A stretch of 64,000 bases of DNA, taken from assembly GCA_964550615.1 (NCBI GenBank), contig CAZKAB010000001.1, forward strand, positions 76,786 through 140,785. Reading direction: 5' to 3'. This document shows positions 8,111 through 17,640 of this stretch, piece after piece; the stretch's first letter is position 1, and each line of letters starts with the position of its first letter. The DNA is from an uncultured Thermotogae bacterium. Lineage in GTDB: Bacteria > Bipolaricaulota > Bipolaricaulia > UBA7950 > UBA9294. The notes under the pieces were generated by a model, which saw only the letters and a list, made by a program, of their open reading frames with translations, was not told the origin of the DNA and ran no database searches. The position numbers and the translations under genes were made by a program.

Positions 8111-9346
8111 CTAGATATCCCAGTCTATTCGCGGTGTAGGCAGCGACAGAACGCGATCCAGCTTCGCCAATAGCGCAGGCGGAGCTGAAAGCGCATCCGT
8201 CCAGGCAATTCCACTTGCCGGCTGCACGCCGAGCCACATGCGGGTGAATGCACCGGCAGACGCTGTCATTGTTGGAAGGGCAGAGTCCCTCCCGGGCTCG
8301 GCTTGTGATGACGAGCCAAGACTGACTATGTAATCGCCGCCGATCCCACGCCACGTGCTCTTGTCGTCCAGGAAGCGCTCGATCGGGTCTTCAATGGCGA
8401 GGTTGAAGCGCACCGTCTCTTTTGTTGCAAGGCGAGTATCCGCGAGCGCCGATGATAGGTCCAATAGCCGCGCCTGCCAGTAGGCGGCGCACGTCATGCG
8501 GCTTGCGTGCCCCGATTGCTTTGTGATCCGCCTTGACTTGAACGGGTGCACGAGCAGATCCTGCAGCTGAATCCCACCCGGCTCGTAGAGCTTCACGGAG
8601 TGGACTTGATCGCCCAGACTTTTCACTAGTGCCAGCAGTTCAACAAGATGCTCCTTCGAACGGTACGACATCCACGAAACGTTGTACGGACCATGCTCTA
8701 CTTCCTTTGTGGTGCACCACAAGTGATGAGTAAGCTCCTCGCCATGCTCATCCTCATATCCGAGCCCGAAACCGTTGTCGCTCCAAAGCATTTCGGCCTT
8801 CGTCATCAATGGCGAACAGACGGAGCAGGCCCCATGCGAACGCGTACGACACAGCCGTGAGCGGTGTATCCTTTCCCAGTCGTCATTTCCGAGACGCACC
8901 GGCACGCGGGGACGCACATCGACGGCGAGATCGGCTGGATCGAAGGTAAGCCAGCGCTCATAGGCGCCGTTCCCGAACCCAAGCTGGTTATAGTATCCCT
9001 GGTCGAAGATGCCGAGTAAGGCCACCTTAATTCCATCCGCAGCTTCGCGCGCCAGTGCATGCGCGACAAGACGCCCCGCAATACCTTGCTTGCGCGCTAT
9101 CCTGCTTGTGGTTACTCCCCCGATACATGCAACATCGACATCGTGGTCGAGATAGCGCATGGAGCCTTTCATTGAGTTTACCATGCATTCAGCGATGCCA
9201 TTCACCTCTGCGACCACGGTGCGGCTCGATTCGATCACGGCGGCAAGCGCCTGTTCGTGCTCTTTCTTCTCCAGCCATCCGACTTCGCGCCAAATGCGTT
9301 TGACAGGCTCCGCATCGCGTTTTTCATCGTATTCGCGAAACGTCAT
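8111..9346 (-). CDS. GNAT acetyltransferase, Eis-like three-domain architecture
   Basis: About 410 aa, which is the Eis size class. The GNAT core has the motif RKQGIAGRLVAHAL. The start at ATG 9346 has GAGGAG upstream. Family-level call only. Confidence 0.7.
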   Translation of the reverse strand: MTFREYDEKRDAEPVKRIWREVGWLEKKEHEQALAAVIESSRTVVAEVNGIAECMVNSMKGSMRYLDHDVDVACIGGVTTSRIARKQGIAGRLVAHALAREAADGIKVALLGIFDQGYYNQLGFGNGAYERWLTFDPADLAVDVRPRVPVRLGNDDWERIHRSRLCRTRSHGACSVCSPLMTKAEMLWSDNGFGLGYEDEHGEELTHHLWCTTKEVEHGPYNVSWMSYRSKEHLVELLALVKSLGDQVHSVKLYEPGGIQLQDLLVHPFKSRRITKQSGHASRMTCAAYWQARLLDLSSALADTRLATKETVRFNLAIEDPIERFLDDKSTWRGIGGDYIVSLGSSSQAEPGRDSALPTMTASAGAFTRMWLGVQPASGIAWTDALSAPPALLAKLDRVLSLPTPRIDWDI

Positions 9347-9368
9347 GAATTCTCCTCTTGTCACGGCA

Positions 9369-10130
9369 CTAACGCATATAGATGCCGCCGTTACAGTTGA
9401 TGGTCTCCCCGGTGATATATGCCGCCTCAGAAGATGCGAGAAACGTTACGAGAGCGGCTATCTCTTCCGGCTCGGCGACGCGGCCTGCCGGGATCTTGGC
9501 GCGGATCGCGTCGCCGTTCTTTGCAAGCGCGGCCGCATTCATATCGGTATTCGTGTAGCCGGGCGAAACCGCATTTACAGTGATGTTGGGCGCGAGTTCG
9601 AGCGCAAGCGACTTCGTCAGCCCGATGAGACCGGACTTCGCCGCTGCGTAGTGCACGCCATGATCCGAGCCGGTCATCGCTCGCAATGAGCAGATGTTGA
9701 CTATCCGCCCCCACGGGAGCTTTCGCAGGTAAGGAAGCGCAGCCTTTGCCGCGAATACCGCCGCCGACAGGTTTACGGAGATCGCGCGGTTCCAATCCGC
9801 AACCGACATGTCATCCAACGTGCGATGCTGGGAGAACCCGGCGTTATTGACCACAACGCGCACACCTCCGAAACGCCGCGCGGTCTCCTCGACCAAAGCT
9901 TGCACCTGCTCGTGATCGCCAACGTCCGCCCGAAAGGGAAACGCGCGACCACCTGCGGATTTGATCCGATCCACGACTTGCATCGCCAGTTCCTCGCCGG
10001 ACACGTAGTTGATGCTTACACCGTAACCACGAGCAGCCAGGCTCACAGCAATCGCAGCGCCGATTCCGCGTGCACTGCCGGTTACGACTGCTCCCACATG
10101 ATCTGCCAGCTTCTTATCTTGTTGCATCAT
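9369..10130 (-). CDS. Short-chain dehydrogenase/reductase (FabG-like)
   Basis: It has the cofactor motif TGSARGIGAAIA, NNAG, and a catalytic YAAAK (YxxxK). Confidence 0.85.
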   Translation of the reverse strand: MMQQDKKLADHVGAVVTGSARGIGAAIAVSLAARGYGVSINYVSGEELAMQVVDRIKSAGGRAFPFRADVGDHEQVQALVEETARRFGGVRVVVNNAGFSQHRTLDDMSVADWNRAISVNLSAAVFAAKAALPYLRKLPWGRIVNICSLRAMTGSDHGVHYAAAKSGLIGLTKSLALELAPNITVNAVSPGYTNTDMNAAALAKNGDAIRAKIPAGRVAEPEEIAALVTFLASSEAAYITGETINCNGGIYMR

Positions 10131-10146
10131 GCACCGATTATAGCCG

Positions 10147-10614
10147 CTAGTTCACGTCTCCAAGGTAGCAAACATCCACTGATTCTTCTCTCATCAGTCT
10201 GCATAACGGGTCCACAAGCGTCGCCGGATAGAACCTGACGCGCGACAACACATCCAGCGGCAGCCATTCGACGCCAGTCTGGTACATGTCCGGTACGTTG
10301 CCCACCTGCGGGCGTTCGCCATCGCGAACGTGGCAGCGGAACATGAACTCGACCTGATGAACTCTTCCCTCGCTTTCCGCAAATTCGTGGTTACCGGCGA
10401 TGTAGTCACGTACGAACAGCAGTTCACCCACGACAATCTCGGCCGCGATCTCCTCACGGCACTCGCGCACCAAGGCAGCGGAGAGCGTTTCCCCGTGACG
10501 TTGCCCCCCACCGGGCAATAGGTAGAATGTCCCTAGCGTATCAGCATTTCGCGTCACCAGGAGTGTCTCATTCGCAATGATGATCGCCTTGGCGGAGTTT
10601 CTTATCTCATCCAT
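10147..10614 (-). CDS. NUDIX hydrolase
   Basis: It carries the Nudix box GGGQRHGETLSAALVRECREEIAAE (GX5EX7REUXEEXGU pattern). Confidence 0.8.
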   Translation of the reverse strand: MDEIRNSAKAIIIANETLLVTRNADTLGTFYLLPGGGQRHGETLSAALVRECREEIAAEIVVGELLFVRDYIAGNHEFAESEGRVHQVEFMFRCHVRDGERPQVGNVPDMYQTGVEWLPLDVLSRVRFYPATLVDPLCRLMREESVDVCYLGDVN

Positions 10615-10698
10615 CTTTCGCGTTCAATCACAGGCGGATTACGGAATGAACCGAAATCGGACGTACGCAGATGTAACAACCCGGCTGTGATTGCTTAT

Positions 10699-11286
10699 CT
10701 ATGCCTTCGGCTGGATGATACGGTCGACAATTCCGTACGCGACTGCCTCTTCTGCGGACATGTAGTAATCACGATCAGTGTCCTTGGCTATCTTCTTCAC
10801 GGTCTTTCCCGTGTGAAAGGAGAGGGTCTTGACAATCTGATCGCGCATGCGGAGCAGCTCCTCCGTTTGGAGCTTCACATCCGCCGCCTGCCCCTGCGCG
10901 CCACCGAATACCTGGTGAATGAGAATCCGCGCGTTGGGAAGAGCTACCCGCTTCCCCGCCGTTCCAGCGGCAAGAAGGACAGCGGCCATGCTCGCTGCCT
11001 GACCGATACAGATTGTCGAGACGTCACAGCTGACGTATCGTATTGTGTCGTATATGGCAAGTCCCGCGGTCACCGAGCCGCCCGGCGAGTTGATGTACAG
11101 CTTGATGTCTTTCGTCAGGTCTTTGGCGGCCAGAAACAGAATCTGGGCTATCACCACGTTTGCTACCTCATCATCGATCGCATGCCTTAGGAATACGATC
11201 CTGTCTTCCAGTAGGCGCGAGTAGATGTCATACGTGCGCTCCACTTGGCCGCTATGGTCGATGACAAACGGAATCTGTCCGATCAT
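10699..11286 (-). CDS. clpP: ATP-dependent Clp protease proteolytic subunit
   Basis: It is strongly ClpP-like ([34 protein letters not shown]). The start at ATG 11286 overlaps the tig stop as ATGA, and a GGAGGAG SD lies within the tig 3' end. Confidence 0.95.
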   Translation of the reverse strand: MIGQIPFVIDHSGQVERTYDIYSRLLEDRIVFLRHAIDDEVANVVIAQILFLAAKDLTKDIKLYINSPGGSVTAGLAIYDTIRYVSCDVSTICIGQAASMAAVLLAAGTAGKRVALPNARILIHQVFGGAQGQAADVKLQTEELLRMRDQIVKTLSFHTGKTVKKIAKDTDRDYYMSAEEAVAYGIVDRIIQPKA

Positions 11287-12557
11287 TTCCTCTCCTCCGG
11301 CAGTTTCAACTTTGCCGTGTCGTAGAGGATGTCGAATACACGACCGTTTATCTTCTCCGTACGGTAGCTGTCCCAACGGTCGCTCGCCTTCAGCCGAGCA
11401 ACGAACCTGATCGGATCCTCGCCCGCTTCCTCGGCTTCCGCTCGCGCAATCTCGTCCAGCTCCTGAGCAGAGATCGAAATGTCCTCCCGATCAATAATCT
11501 TCCCCATCACCAATTCGCGGCGCAGGCGTTGCGTCACGTCCTCGCGATATTCCGCTTTCAACTCGTCTTCGTTCTTGCCGCGCTCTTCGAGATACTTCTC
11601 GAATGTCACCGGAGATTCCGGATGAGCAAGGCGCTCCTTGAACTCGCCCAATTCCTCGTCCGTCATCTCTTCAACAAGCTTCTCGGGGAGGGGCAGATCG
11701 ATCTCGTTCACCAGGCGATCAAGCAGCGTGACCTTGGTCGCCCGTTCACGTCGGTCGGCCTTGGCCTTGGCAATCTTGTCCTTTACGTCTTCTTTGAGCG
11801 CCTCGAGAGTGTCGAAACCTGCGTCTTTGCCGAATGCATCGTTCAGCTCGGGAAGCACAACTGCTTTCACATCAAGCAGGGTAAGAGCAACGTTCGCCGG
11901 CTCACCCTCGGGTTGCGCAAGTTCAATATCAACCGTGTCACCGACCTTATGGCCGATTACGACGCTCGTGACTGGATTGTCGGCGTCGGCGCGGAGATCC
12001 CACTCGTGATCGTTCTCTTTCACGTGCACGATATCTCCTGTTTCGATCGTCTCGGTATCCTTGGGAGCAAGCGTGGCGAATCGGTTTCGGATATCGTCTA
12101 TTGTTCCATCGATCTCCTCGTCGGTAACCTCATCGACCGGCTCCACATCCAGTTCGATTCCTCGATACTCGGGAAGCTCAAACTCCGGGAGAACCGAAAA
12201 ACGCGCCTCAAAAACAAATAGGCTTTCTGCATTGAAATCAACGCTCTCCACTTCCGGGGTGGTTACGGGGCGAAGATCTAGTTCCGAGAGGGCCTTCGGC
12301 AGGTGTGTTTCCTCAAGGTCCTTTTGCGCCTCTTCTGTGAACAACTCGTGCCCAAAACGGGTGTCCAGATACGCCCGTGGCACATGACCGGGACGAAATC
12401 CGGGGATGCGCGCCTCTCTGCTGTATCGTCTATACACCGAATCTATTGCATTCTTCACTGTCGCAGCGTCAACGGTAACCTGCACGGTGACATCGGTAGT
12501 GGAACGTTCTTTAATCTCGCTTTGCGTGCTGTTTTTTGTCACAGAAACCCTCTCCAT
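11283..12557 (-). CDS. tig: Trigger factor
   Basis: 424 aa with the ribosome-binding signature GFRPGHVP near the N-terminus and an acidic C-terminal domain. The gene order tig-clpP is typical. Confidence 0.9.
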   Translation of the reverse strand: MERVSVTKNSTQSEIKERSTTDVTVQVTVDAATVKNAIDSVYRRYSREARIPGFRPGHVPRAYLDTRFGHELFTEEAQKDLEETHLPKALSELDLRPVTTPEVESVDFNAESLFVFEARFSVLPEFELPEYRGIELDVEPVDEVTDEEIDGTIDDIRNRFATLAPKDTETIETGDIVHVKENDHEWDLRADADNPVTSVVIGHKVGDTVDIELAQPEGEPANVALTLLDVKAVVLPELNDAFGKDAGFDTLEALKEDVKDKIAKAKADRRERATKVTLLDRLVNEIDLPLPEKLVEEMTDEELGEFKERLAHPESPVTFEKYLEERGKNEDELKAEYREDVTQRLRRELVMGKIIDREDISISAQELDEIARAEAEEAGEDPIRFVARLKASDRWDSYRTEKINGRVFDILYDTAKLKLPEERK

Positions 12558-12578
12558 GTATTCCTTGGTAATGGCGCG

Positions 12579-12607
12579 ATTATACGAAGGGAAGCGTCGT
12601 TGAACAA
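12579..12607 (-). promoter_or_regulatory. Candidate sigma70 promoter for tig (TTGTTC-N17-TATAAT)
   Basis: Read on the minus strand, TTGTTC is at 12607-12602, the spacer is 17 nt, and TATAAT is at 12584-12579, about 20 nt upstream of the tig ATG. Confidence 0.45.
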
Positions 12608-12609
12608 GC

Positions 12610-13302
12610 CTAGGTCATCAGCGCGAGGAGCCAACGACTTCCAAGGAGCCCGCTCCAGATTCCATTCATGACTCCGAACAGTCCGCGCAGGCCGCCCAGG
12701 TAAATGATGGCGATCAGGATGATGAACCCGTAACGCTCAAGGGATAGCATCACGCGGCGCCCTTCCGGTGGTAGGAAGTACGTCAGGATGCGAGAACCGT
12801 CGAGCGGCGGGATGGGGATCATGTTGAACACCGCCAGGATCACGTTGTACACGACGAACACACCCAGAAGATAGAAGATCGCGTGCACGAAGTTTGCAGC
12901 GAAACTCGTGCGCAGAACAAGGAGAGAATTGGGCACCAGCAGCAGCGCGACTCGCCCCAGGACTACGGCCGCCAGGGCAAGCGCGATGTTCGTACCCGGC
13001 CCGGCAAGGGCGACATAGAACATGCCTTTGAACGGATTGCGAAAGTATCCGGGATTAATCGGAACCGGCTTCGCCCATCCGATGAGAAACGGCGAATTCA
13101 TGACAATAAGCGCAATCGGGACGAGAATAGTGCCGATGATATCCACGTGCGCCAGCGGATTGAGCGTCAATCGCCCGCGGGTTTTCGCCGTCGGGTCGCC
13201 GAGTCTGTAGGCGATGTATCCGTGTGCGACTTCGTGCAGGACGATCGCGGTAAACAGAGCGACGAGCGATAGGACAATCTCAAGTATCTTTGTGATGTTC
13301 AT
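12610..13302 (-). CDS. Site-2 protease (peptidase M50) family membrane metalloprotease
   Basis: HEVAHG (HExxH) lies in the first TM helix, there are multiple TM segments, and a PPLDGS-like second motif is present. ATGA overlap with the rqcH stop (13299-13302). Confidence 0.8.
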   Translation of the reverse strand: MNITKILEIVLSLVALFTAIVLHEVAHGYIAYRLGDPTAKTRGRLTLNPLAHVDIIGTILVPIALIVMNSPFLIGWAKPVPINPGYFRNPFKGMFYVALAGPGTNIALALAAVVLGRVALLLVPNSLLVLRTSFAANFVHAIFYLLGVFVVYNVILAVFNMIPIPPLDGSRILTYFLPPEGRRVMLSLERYGFIILIAIIYLGGLRGLFGVMNGIWSGLLGSRWLLALMT

Positions 13303-14903
13303 TCGTCCTCCAATAACGATGTATCCACAACAAGTGTATCCTCTTGCGCAACGATTACCATTCCTGCCGGCGCGCCTCTAGGCTTGCGTACATGTTTGAC
13401 CTCCGCCACGCTCACCTCGACCCGCCGTTCATTGCGCGCTTTGGAATACCGCGCCGCCAGTCGCGCCGCCGCAAGCTTCACGTTTTGCGGGAACTCCTCG
13501 TTTCCGCGTCGCCGTATCACGACATGTGATCCAGGTACTCCACGTGCATGCATCCACAGGTCGTCGGCGCGCGCCAGACGCAACAACTCATCATTCTGGC
13601 GGGCGTTCTTCCCCACTCGAACCGTGTAGCCGTCAATCGAATACGTACGTGGCGCAGTCGCCACCGTTATTGTGCGTTTCTTAGGAAGCGCGTGGAGAAG
13701 TGCAGCCGTCTGCTCTGAAACCGCGTCGCCGTCTTGCAGATTCTCCAACCCCGTCTGCAGAAGACGAACTTCCGATTCCAACCGGCGCAGCCGCCGAACG
13801 ACGAGCGGACGCCCTCGTTGCAGGCGTTTCGCCTTTTCGTAGAATACCTGAGCATTTCTGAGTCCGCTCAAACTTGGATCCAGCGGAATCGTGACCTGAT
13901 CGCCAGTTGCGGGATCCTCGAGATCAACCCGGCTGATCTTCCGCGGGAGTTCGTGCTGATAGATCATGAGTAGATCAGCACGTCGCCGCAGAGTGTCTGT
14001 TGTCGCTGCATCATCAAGCCATTCGCGCAATCTGGAGATTGTCCGCCGACGCTTGGCGATCTCTCGTTCGATGCCCGCTCGAATCTGCCTCTGCCCGCCA
14101 TCGGTCTCCGTCGCTGTCTCATCGTCTATCAGCCTGCGATCGAGCGCCGCGGCGAACGATTCGCACACCTCTCCCGGAGGGAAGAGTGGGAAGAAGGAAG
14201 CGGTGCGCGTATTCGGATCGTATTCGCCGATCGGATGCTCTGCGTGGAAGACCATACGCGACAGCTCCTCTCGTACCGCCGCCGCTAAGGGAACACCGTC
14301 CCGTGTGTGTGCGCGTGCAAGGATACCCTGTGCCGTATCCTTCCCGATGCCGTCAATCGCCCGCATCAGTCCAAGTGCCGTTCCCTCTTTCTCCAGTACG
14401 CTCGCAATCGCATCCACACTGATTTCCGCGGGATCGGCCTTGTCCTGTCGAGCAAGCGGAACATATGCGTTGCCTGGAACGGCGCGTGCGTCCGAGCGAA
14501 GAGATGCAAGAACGCGCCCCTCCTTCAAAACCACGAGGTTCCCTCGTACGCCGACGAGTTCGGCGATGAGCAGAACCCGCTTCGTTTCGCCGCTTCTCCT
14601 CATCTCTACTTCCAGAGTGACGACACGTTCCCAGCCATCTTGACTGAGGGAGACAATCCTCCCGCCGCGCAGGTGCTTACGCAAGAGCATCGTAAACGAA
14701 CTCGGGTGTTGCGGATAGGCAAAGTCAAACGCAGTGAGATGAATCGCCGCTTCGATGGGAGCGATAAATAGTCTTCGCGAGCCTCCGGCAAACAATGGCA
14801 GGACGAACCTCGCCCGTTCTGGCTGATAGACCGAGCGGATCGTGCATCCTTCAACTTGGCTCTTCATCTCGCCAATTGCCGCAGAAATCGCCAGTCCGTC
14901 CAT
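13299..14903 (-). CDS. rqcH: NFACT-family ribosome quality control protein (RqcH / FbpA homolog)
   Basis: 534 aa with an NFACT-N-like N-terminus, a central coiled-coil region and a C-terminal DUF814-like motif (LWMHARGVPGSHVVIRRRG). Confidence 0.8.
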   Translation of the reverse strand: MDGLAISAAIGEMKSQVEGCTIRSVYQPERARFVLPLFAGGSRRLFIAPIEAAIHLTAFDFAYPQHPSSFTMLLRKHLRGGRIVSLSQDGWERVVTLEVEMRRSGETKRVLLIAELVGVRGNLVVLKEGRVLASLRSDARAVPGNAYVPLARQDKADPAEISVDAIASVLEKEGTALGLMRAIDGIGKDTAQGILARAHTRDGVPLAAAVREELSRMVFHAEHPIGEYDPNTRTASFFPLFPPGEVCESFAAALDRRLIDDETATETDGGQRQIRAGIEREIAKRRRTISRLREWLDDAATTDTLRRRADLLMIYQHELPRKISRVDLEDPATGDQVTIPLDPSLSGLRNAQVFYEKAKRLQRGRPLVVRRLRRLESEVRLLQTGLENLQDGDAVSEQTAALLHALPKKRTITVATAPRTYSIDGYTVRVGKNARQNDELLRLARADDLWMHARGVPGSHVVIRRRGNEEFPQNVKLAAARLAARYSKARNERRVEVSVAEVKHVRKPRGAPAGMVIVAQEDTLVVDTSLLEDE

Positions 14904-14914
14904 ACTGCCCCCGG

Positions 14915-14943
14915 TTGATGCCCTGCATTACCACTGATATAAT
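14915..14943 (+). promoter_or_regulatory. Candidate sigma70 promoter for tRNA-Thr (TTGATG-N17-TATAAT)
   Basis: TTGATG is at 14915-14920 and TATAAT at 14938-14943, with a 17-nt spacer. The tRNA starts 13 nt downstream. Confidence 0.55.
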
Positions 14944-14955
14944 GCGGACTATAAT

Positions 14956-15030
14956 GCCGGCGTAGCTCAGTGGTAGAGCAACGGTTTCGTAAACCGTCGG
15001 TCGGAGGTTCAACTCCTCTCGCCGGCTCCA
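14956..15030 (+). tRNA. tRNA-Thr (anticodon CGU), CCA encoded
   Basis: Hand-folded cloverleaf. The acceptor is GCCGGCG/CGCCGGC and the D arm GCTC-AGTGGTA-GAGC. The anticodon arm ACGGT-TTCGTAA-ACCGT gives anticodon CGT. The T arm is GGAGG-TTCAACT-CCTCT, with discriminator T and CCA. Confidence 0.93.
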
Positions 15031-15132
15031 ATACTAAGAATCAATAGAATACGCACCACTTCACCTCATCAACAAGGACTAGTGACGCCTCAGCTTGCGA
15101 CGGATGCCGCCTCACCGGAACTCAGTGGGCAA

Positions 15133-16989
15133 TCAGTGAACTACGTTCACAATGAGCGTGTCGGCCCCTTCGATCTTCGCCATGAACAGATCGACTTGGT
15201 CAATGTTTCCAAGCAATGACATAATCTGAGGCCAATCTTGCCGCGGTATCTGAAGTGAGACGAACGTCCCATCTCCAACTTCTCTGGGCTTCCACTTGGC
15301 AAGTCGCGACGATTCAACTCGGTCCTTCACCTGAGATGCAAGCTGGATCTCGCGAATGCGGGAGGAAGCAAACAAGCCCGGCTCTGAAGACCAACTTCCG
15401 ACTGAGACCGTGCATAAGTTGTTTACTTCGCTTGTCTCGCCGATCTTGTTGTCAGGGTCAACCAGCGCAGTGAACTTTGTAGGCCGTGCGAAGCCAGCGC
15501 TTTCATCCCAGTCTTCCTGCCCGATAAGCCAACTGTGCTGTAGATATGCGGTCGATGCCCCAACGAACGCCACTGCTTCCGTCGATGTCATTGGATAAAG
15601 GGGATTCGCCGCCACCTGCGGACCAGTCGGTGGGGATATCGTTCTTTTCGGTTGCGTTGTCGTCATAGAGTTCACTTGCGCCCACGCCACGTCGACGACA
15701 CCGACGTAGGGCTCGCGCGGTTGCTGCAAGTTACGTATCTCGACGTACAGTGTCACCTTGACGCTCGAGCCCGATACGCTCTCCGCATCTACTCGCACAC
15801 AGACCGCTTGAAAATCGGGCATGTCGCATGCATCGCCGTAGCCATCACCGTCGGAATCTTGCTGGTCCGGATTGACAACGTCAAGACAGTTGTCCGCTAC
15901 GTTCATCACACCGTCACCGTCGTTGTCCGCCCCTGTCGATGTAGTGGTTGCCTCGCGCCATCCCGCTACAAAGCAGATGCCATCCTGCAGGATCAACTCG
16001 CTGGTTCGTTCCCAATCATCGCCATTGTGCCACAGATCATCGACAAAGACATCGATCTGCTCGAGCTTCGGCTCAAACCACGATGAAGCGACGCCGTCGT
16101 TTCCGTTCAAATGGTATTCGACGTTTCGCACCGCTCCATCATCAAGCAATAGCGGTTCCACGCCCAGGCCAATGTTTACGGAACCGGCCGGAACCGGTCG
16201 AATGGCGAACAGATGGTATTTCACTGCTGCACTGCCCTTCGTATGGTCGCCTAGACGCAGATACCGACTGGAGTCTATGTACACATTCTGATAGCCGGTA
16301 ACAGCGTCGTTTAGCTGTGTCGACTGATTTCCTTGTATGATAAGCCGCCGACTGCCGTCCGTGCTGTCGTATCCCACAACAGTAGCATAGTGATCGGCAA
16401 CCTTGAATGTGTCGTCGTTATTCTGTTCCCCTTGCCAGCGAAAGAGATACACCATGGGACGGCCGCTCCAAATTTCCTGCCGCACAATCGAAAACAGCTC
16501 TTCGTAGCTGCCGCTCTCGCCGGTCTCCGGCACCTCGTACCCGGAATCGGTAATTCGGTACCGAGTCACTTCGAACCGTGCAACTGAAGCGCGGGGACCG
16601 AGATGCTCGTTCATGTATTTCTCAAGTCCCGAGGCGAAATTGCCCGCCATAACCCAGGACTGCGCGCAGTTTGTGTCGCGATTCATGTACCGTGCGGCAC
16701 CAAGATCGACAATCGCCTGCTGCGGAAGACCGTCCGCCTCACGCTCGCTATCGTCGATCAGATTCGGAAAGCCGCGCTTATCCCACCACGCGCAAACCGC
16801 GGCGCCGGCGACGGGGCCGCATCCGGAAGGGAACCAGCAGCTGCCACCGATCCGCATGTCGGCTTGATAATAGCGAGGCACACCGGACACAAGCGCCTTC
16901 GTCGGCGTCTTGTCGGCAAACAGAGCGAGAGCAAGGAACATGACCAAGGAAACCGCGCTCAATGCGGCACCCAAAGATCTTCGTAACAT
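15133..16989 (-). CDS. Secreted multidomain protein: C39-like (papain-fold) peptidase domain plus thrombospondin type-3 Ca-binding repeats
   Basis: It has a signal/anchor N-terminus. A putative catalytic Cys lies in FPSGCGPVAGAAVCAWW and a His in ADHYATVVGYD, a Peptidase_C39_2-like pattern. The TSP3-like repeats are DNDGDGVMNVADNCLDVVNPDQQDSDGDGYGDACD. GGAGG SD upstream. Confidence 0.65.
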   Translation of the reverse strand: MLRRSLGAALSAVSLVMFLALALFADKTPTKALVSGVPRYYQADMRIGGSCWFPSGCGPVAGAAVCAWWDKRGFPNLIDDSEREADGLPQQAIVDLGAARYMNRDTNCAQSWVMAGNFASGLEKYMNEHLGPRASVARFEVTRYRITDSGYEVPETGESGSYEELFSIVRQEIWSGRPMVYLFRWQGEQNNDDTFKVADHYATVVGYDSTDGSRRLIIQGNQSTQLNDAVTGYQNVYIDSSRYLRLGDHTKGSAAVKYHLFAIRPVPAGSVNIGLGVEPLLLDDGAVRNVEYHLNGNDGVASSWFEPKLEQIDVFVDDLWHNGDDWERTSELILQDGICFVAGWREATTTSTGADNDGDGVMNVADNCLDVVNPDQQDSDGDGYGDACDMPDFQAVCVRVDAESVSGSSVKVTLYVEIRNLQQPREPYVGVVDVAWAQVNSMTTTQPKRTISPPTGPQVAANPLYPMTSTEAVAFVGASTAYLQHSWLIGQEDWDESAGFARPTKFTALVDPDNKIGETSEVNNLCTVSVGSWSSEPGLFASSRIREIQLASQVKDRVESSRLAKWKPREVGDGTFVSLQIPRQDWPQIMSLLGNIDQVDLFMAKIEGADTLIVNVVH

Positions 16990-17201
16990 CGCGCACCTCC
17001 TTCTGCACTACAGCCTATTTACGAATCAATCATGTCCCTGTTTCACGACTCGAAGCTTTCGCTGTAGATAGCAGATCGTAATAGTGCCGGTGCGATACGA
17101 ACTCGCAAAGCGTCGGTCTTTCGGATGCAGGAGCATAAGAAGCACTCAATCGAGCTCTTTCCTCACCCTCCCTTGATCGACACGGCTTATGCAAGCGGCC
17201 T

Positions 17202-17435
17202 TCAGTCAAGAAGATCCCGCTTGATCTCCTCGTACTCCTCCTTGGAGATCTCACCCTTGGCGTAGCGCTCCTTCAGATACTCCATGGGCGTCTTCTTATG
17301 CCGATGCAGATCGTCGACATCGATGCGACCCGTGCCACGTCGGAGTCCCCAAACGATGAGCGCAACGATGCTTCCAAAGAAGATAATTCCGAATATCGGC
17401 ATCCACCAGAATCCGTAGTAATAACCATGCCACAT
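17202..17435 (-). CDS. SHOCT domain-containing small membrane protein (77 aa)
   Basis: This is the C-terminal part of ORF 17202..17711. The start at ATG 17435 has GGAGG 5 nt upstream. It has one TM helix followed by the SHOCT-like motif LKERYAKGEISKEEYEEIKRDL. The longer ORF would run antisense through tRNA-Ser. Confidence 0.7.
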   Translation of the reverse strand: MWHGYYYGFWWMPIFGIIFFGSIVALIVWGLRRGTGRIDVDDLHRHKKTPMEYLKERYAKGEISKEEYEEIKRDLLD

Positions 17436-17598
17436 GTTGACCTCCTTCTCACATGCCGGACAACCCATCATGATCATGTCGGCACCCAATGTGAATGCTG
17501 TGAAGATTTCGTGGCATCCAAATGATGCTTTCCATATCGTCTGATTGACCATGAGCCGTCTGCACGTCCAGCCAGCTGCTGCACGGCCCCCCCATCGG

Positions 17599-17627
17599 TT
17601 GAAATCGTTCGATGGTATCTCTAGAAT
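17599..17627 (+). promoter_or_regulatory. Candidate sigma70 promoter for tRNA-Ser/SRP RNA (TTGAAA-N17-TAGAAT)
   Basis: TTGAAA is at 17599-17604 and TAGAAT at 17622-17627, with a 17-nt spacer. The tRNA 5' end lies 14 nt downstream. Confidence 0.55.
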
Positions 17628-17640
17628 CAGCCCATAAGCC

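Noticed and set aside
8046-8354. A 102-aa minus-strand ORF overlapping the 3' end of the GNAT gene.
   Set aside because: It is in an alternative frame of the Eis-like gene and has no SD or motifs.
11529-12221. A 230-aa plus-strand ORF inside tig, plus the neighbouring plus-strand ORFs 11638..12009 and 12061..12387.
   Set aside because: They are antisense to the trigger factor gene and have no motifs. The minus-strand product is unmistakable.
13966-14643. A 225-aa plus-strand ORF inside rqcH.
   Set aside because: It is an antisense shadow ORF (Ser/Arg/Ala-rich) overlapping a gene with clear NFACT/DUF814 features.
14904-15132. The tRNA-Thr and tRNA-Ser neighbourhoods as integration sites for mobile elements.
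   Set aside because: There is no integrase, no direct repeat of the tRNA 3' end and no compositional shift around either tRNA. The flanking genes look native.
16990-17254. The 74-aa ORF 17030..17254, and the 212-nt spacer upstream of the C39-like gene considered as a regulatory RNA.
   Set aside because: The ORF overlaps the SHOCT gene 3' end, is Arg/Ser-rich and lacks an SD. I saw no conserved-looking structure in the spacer.
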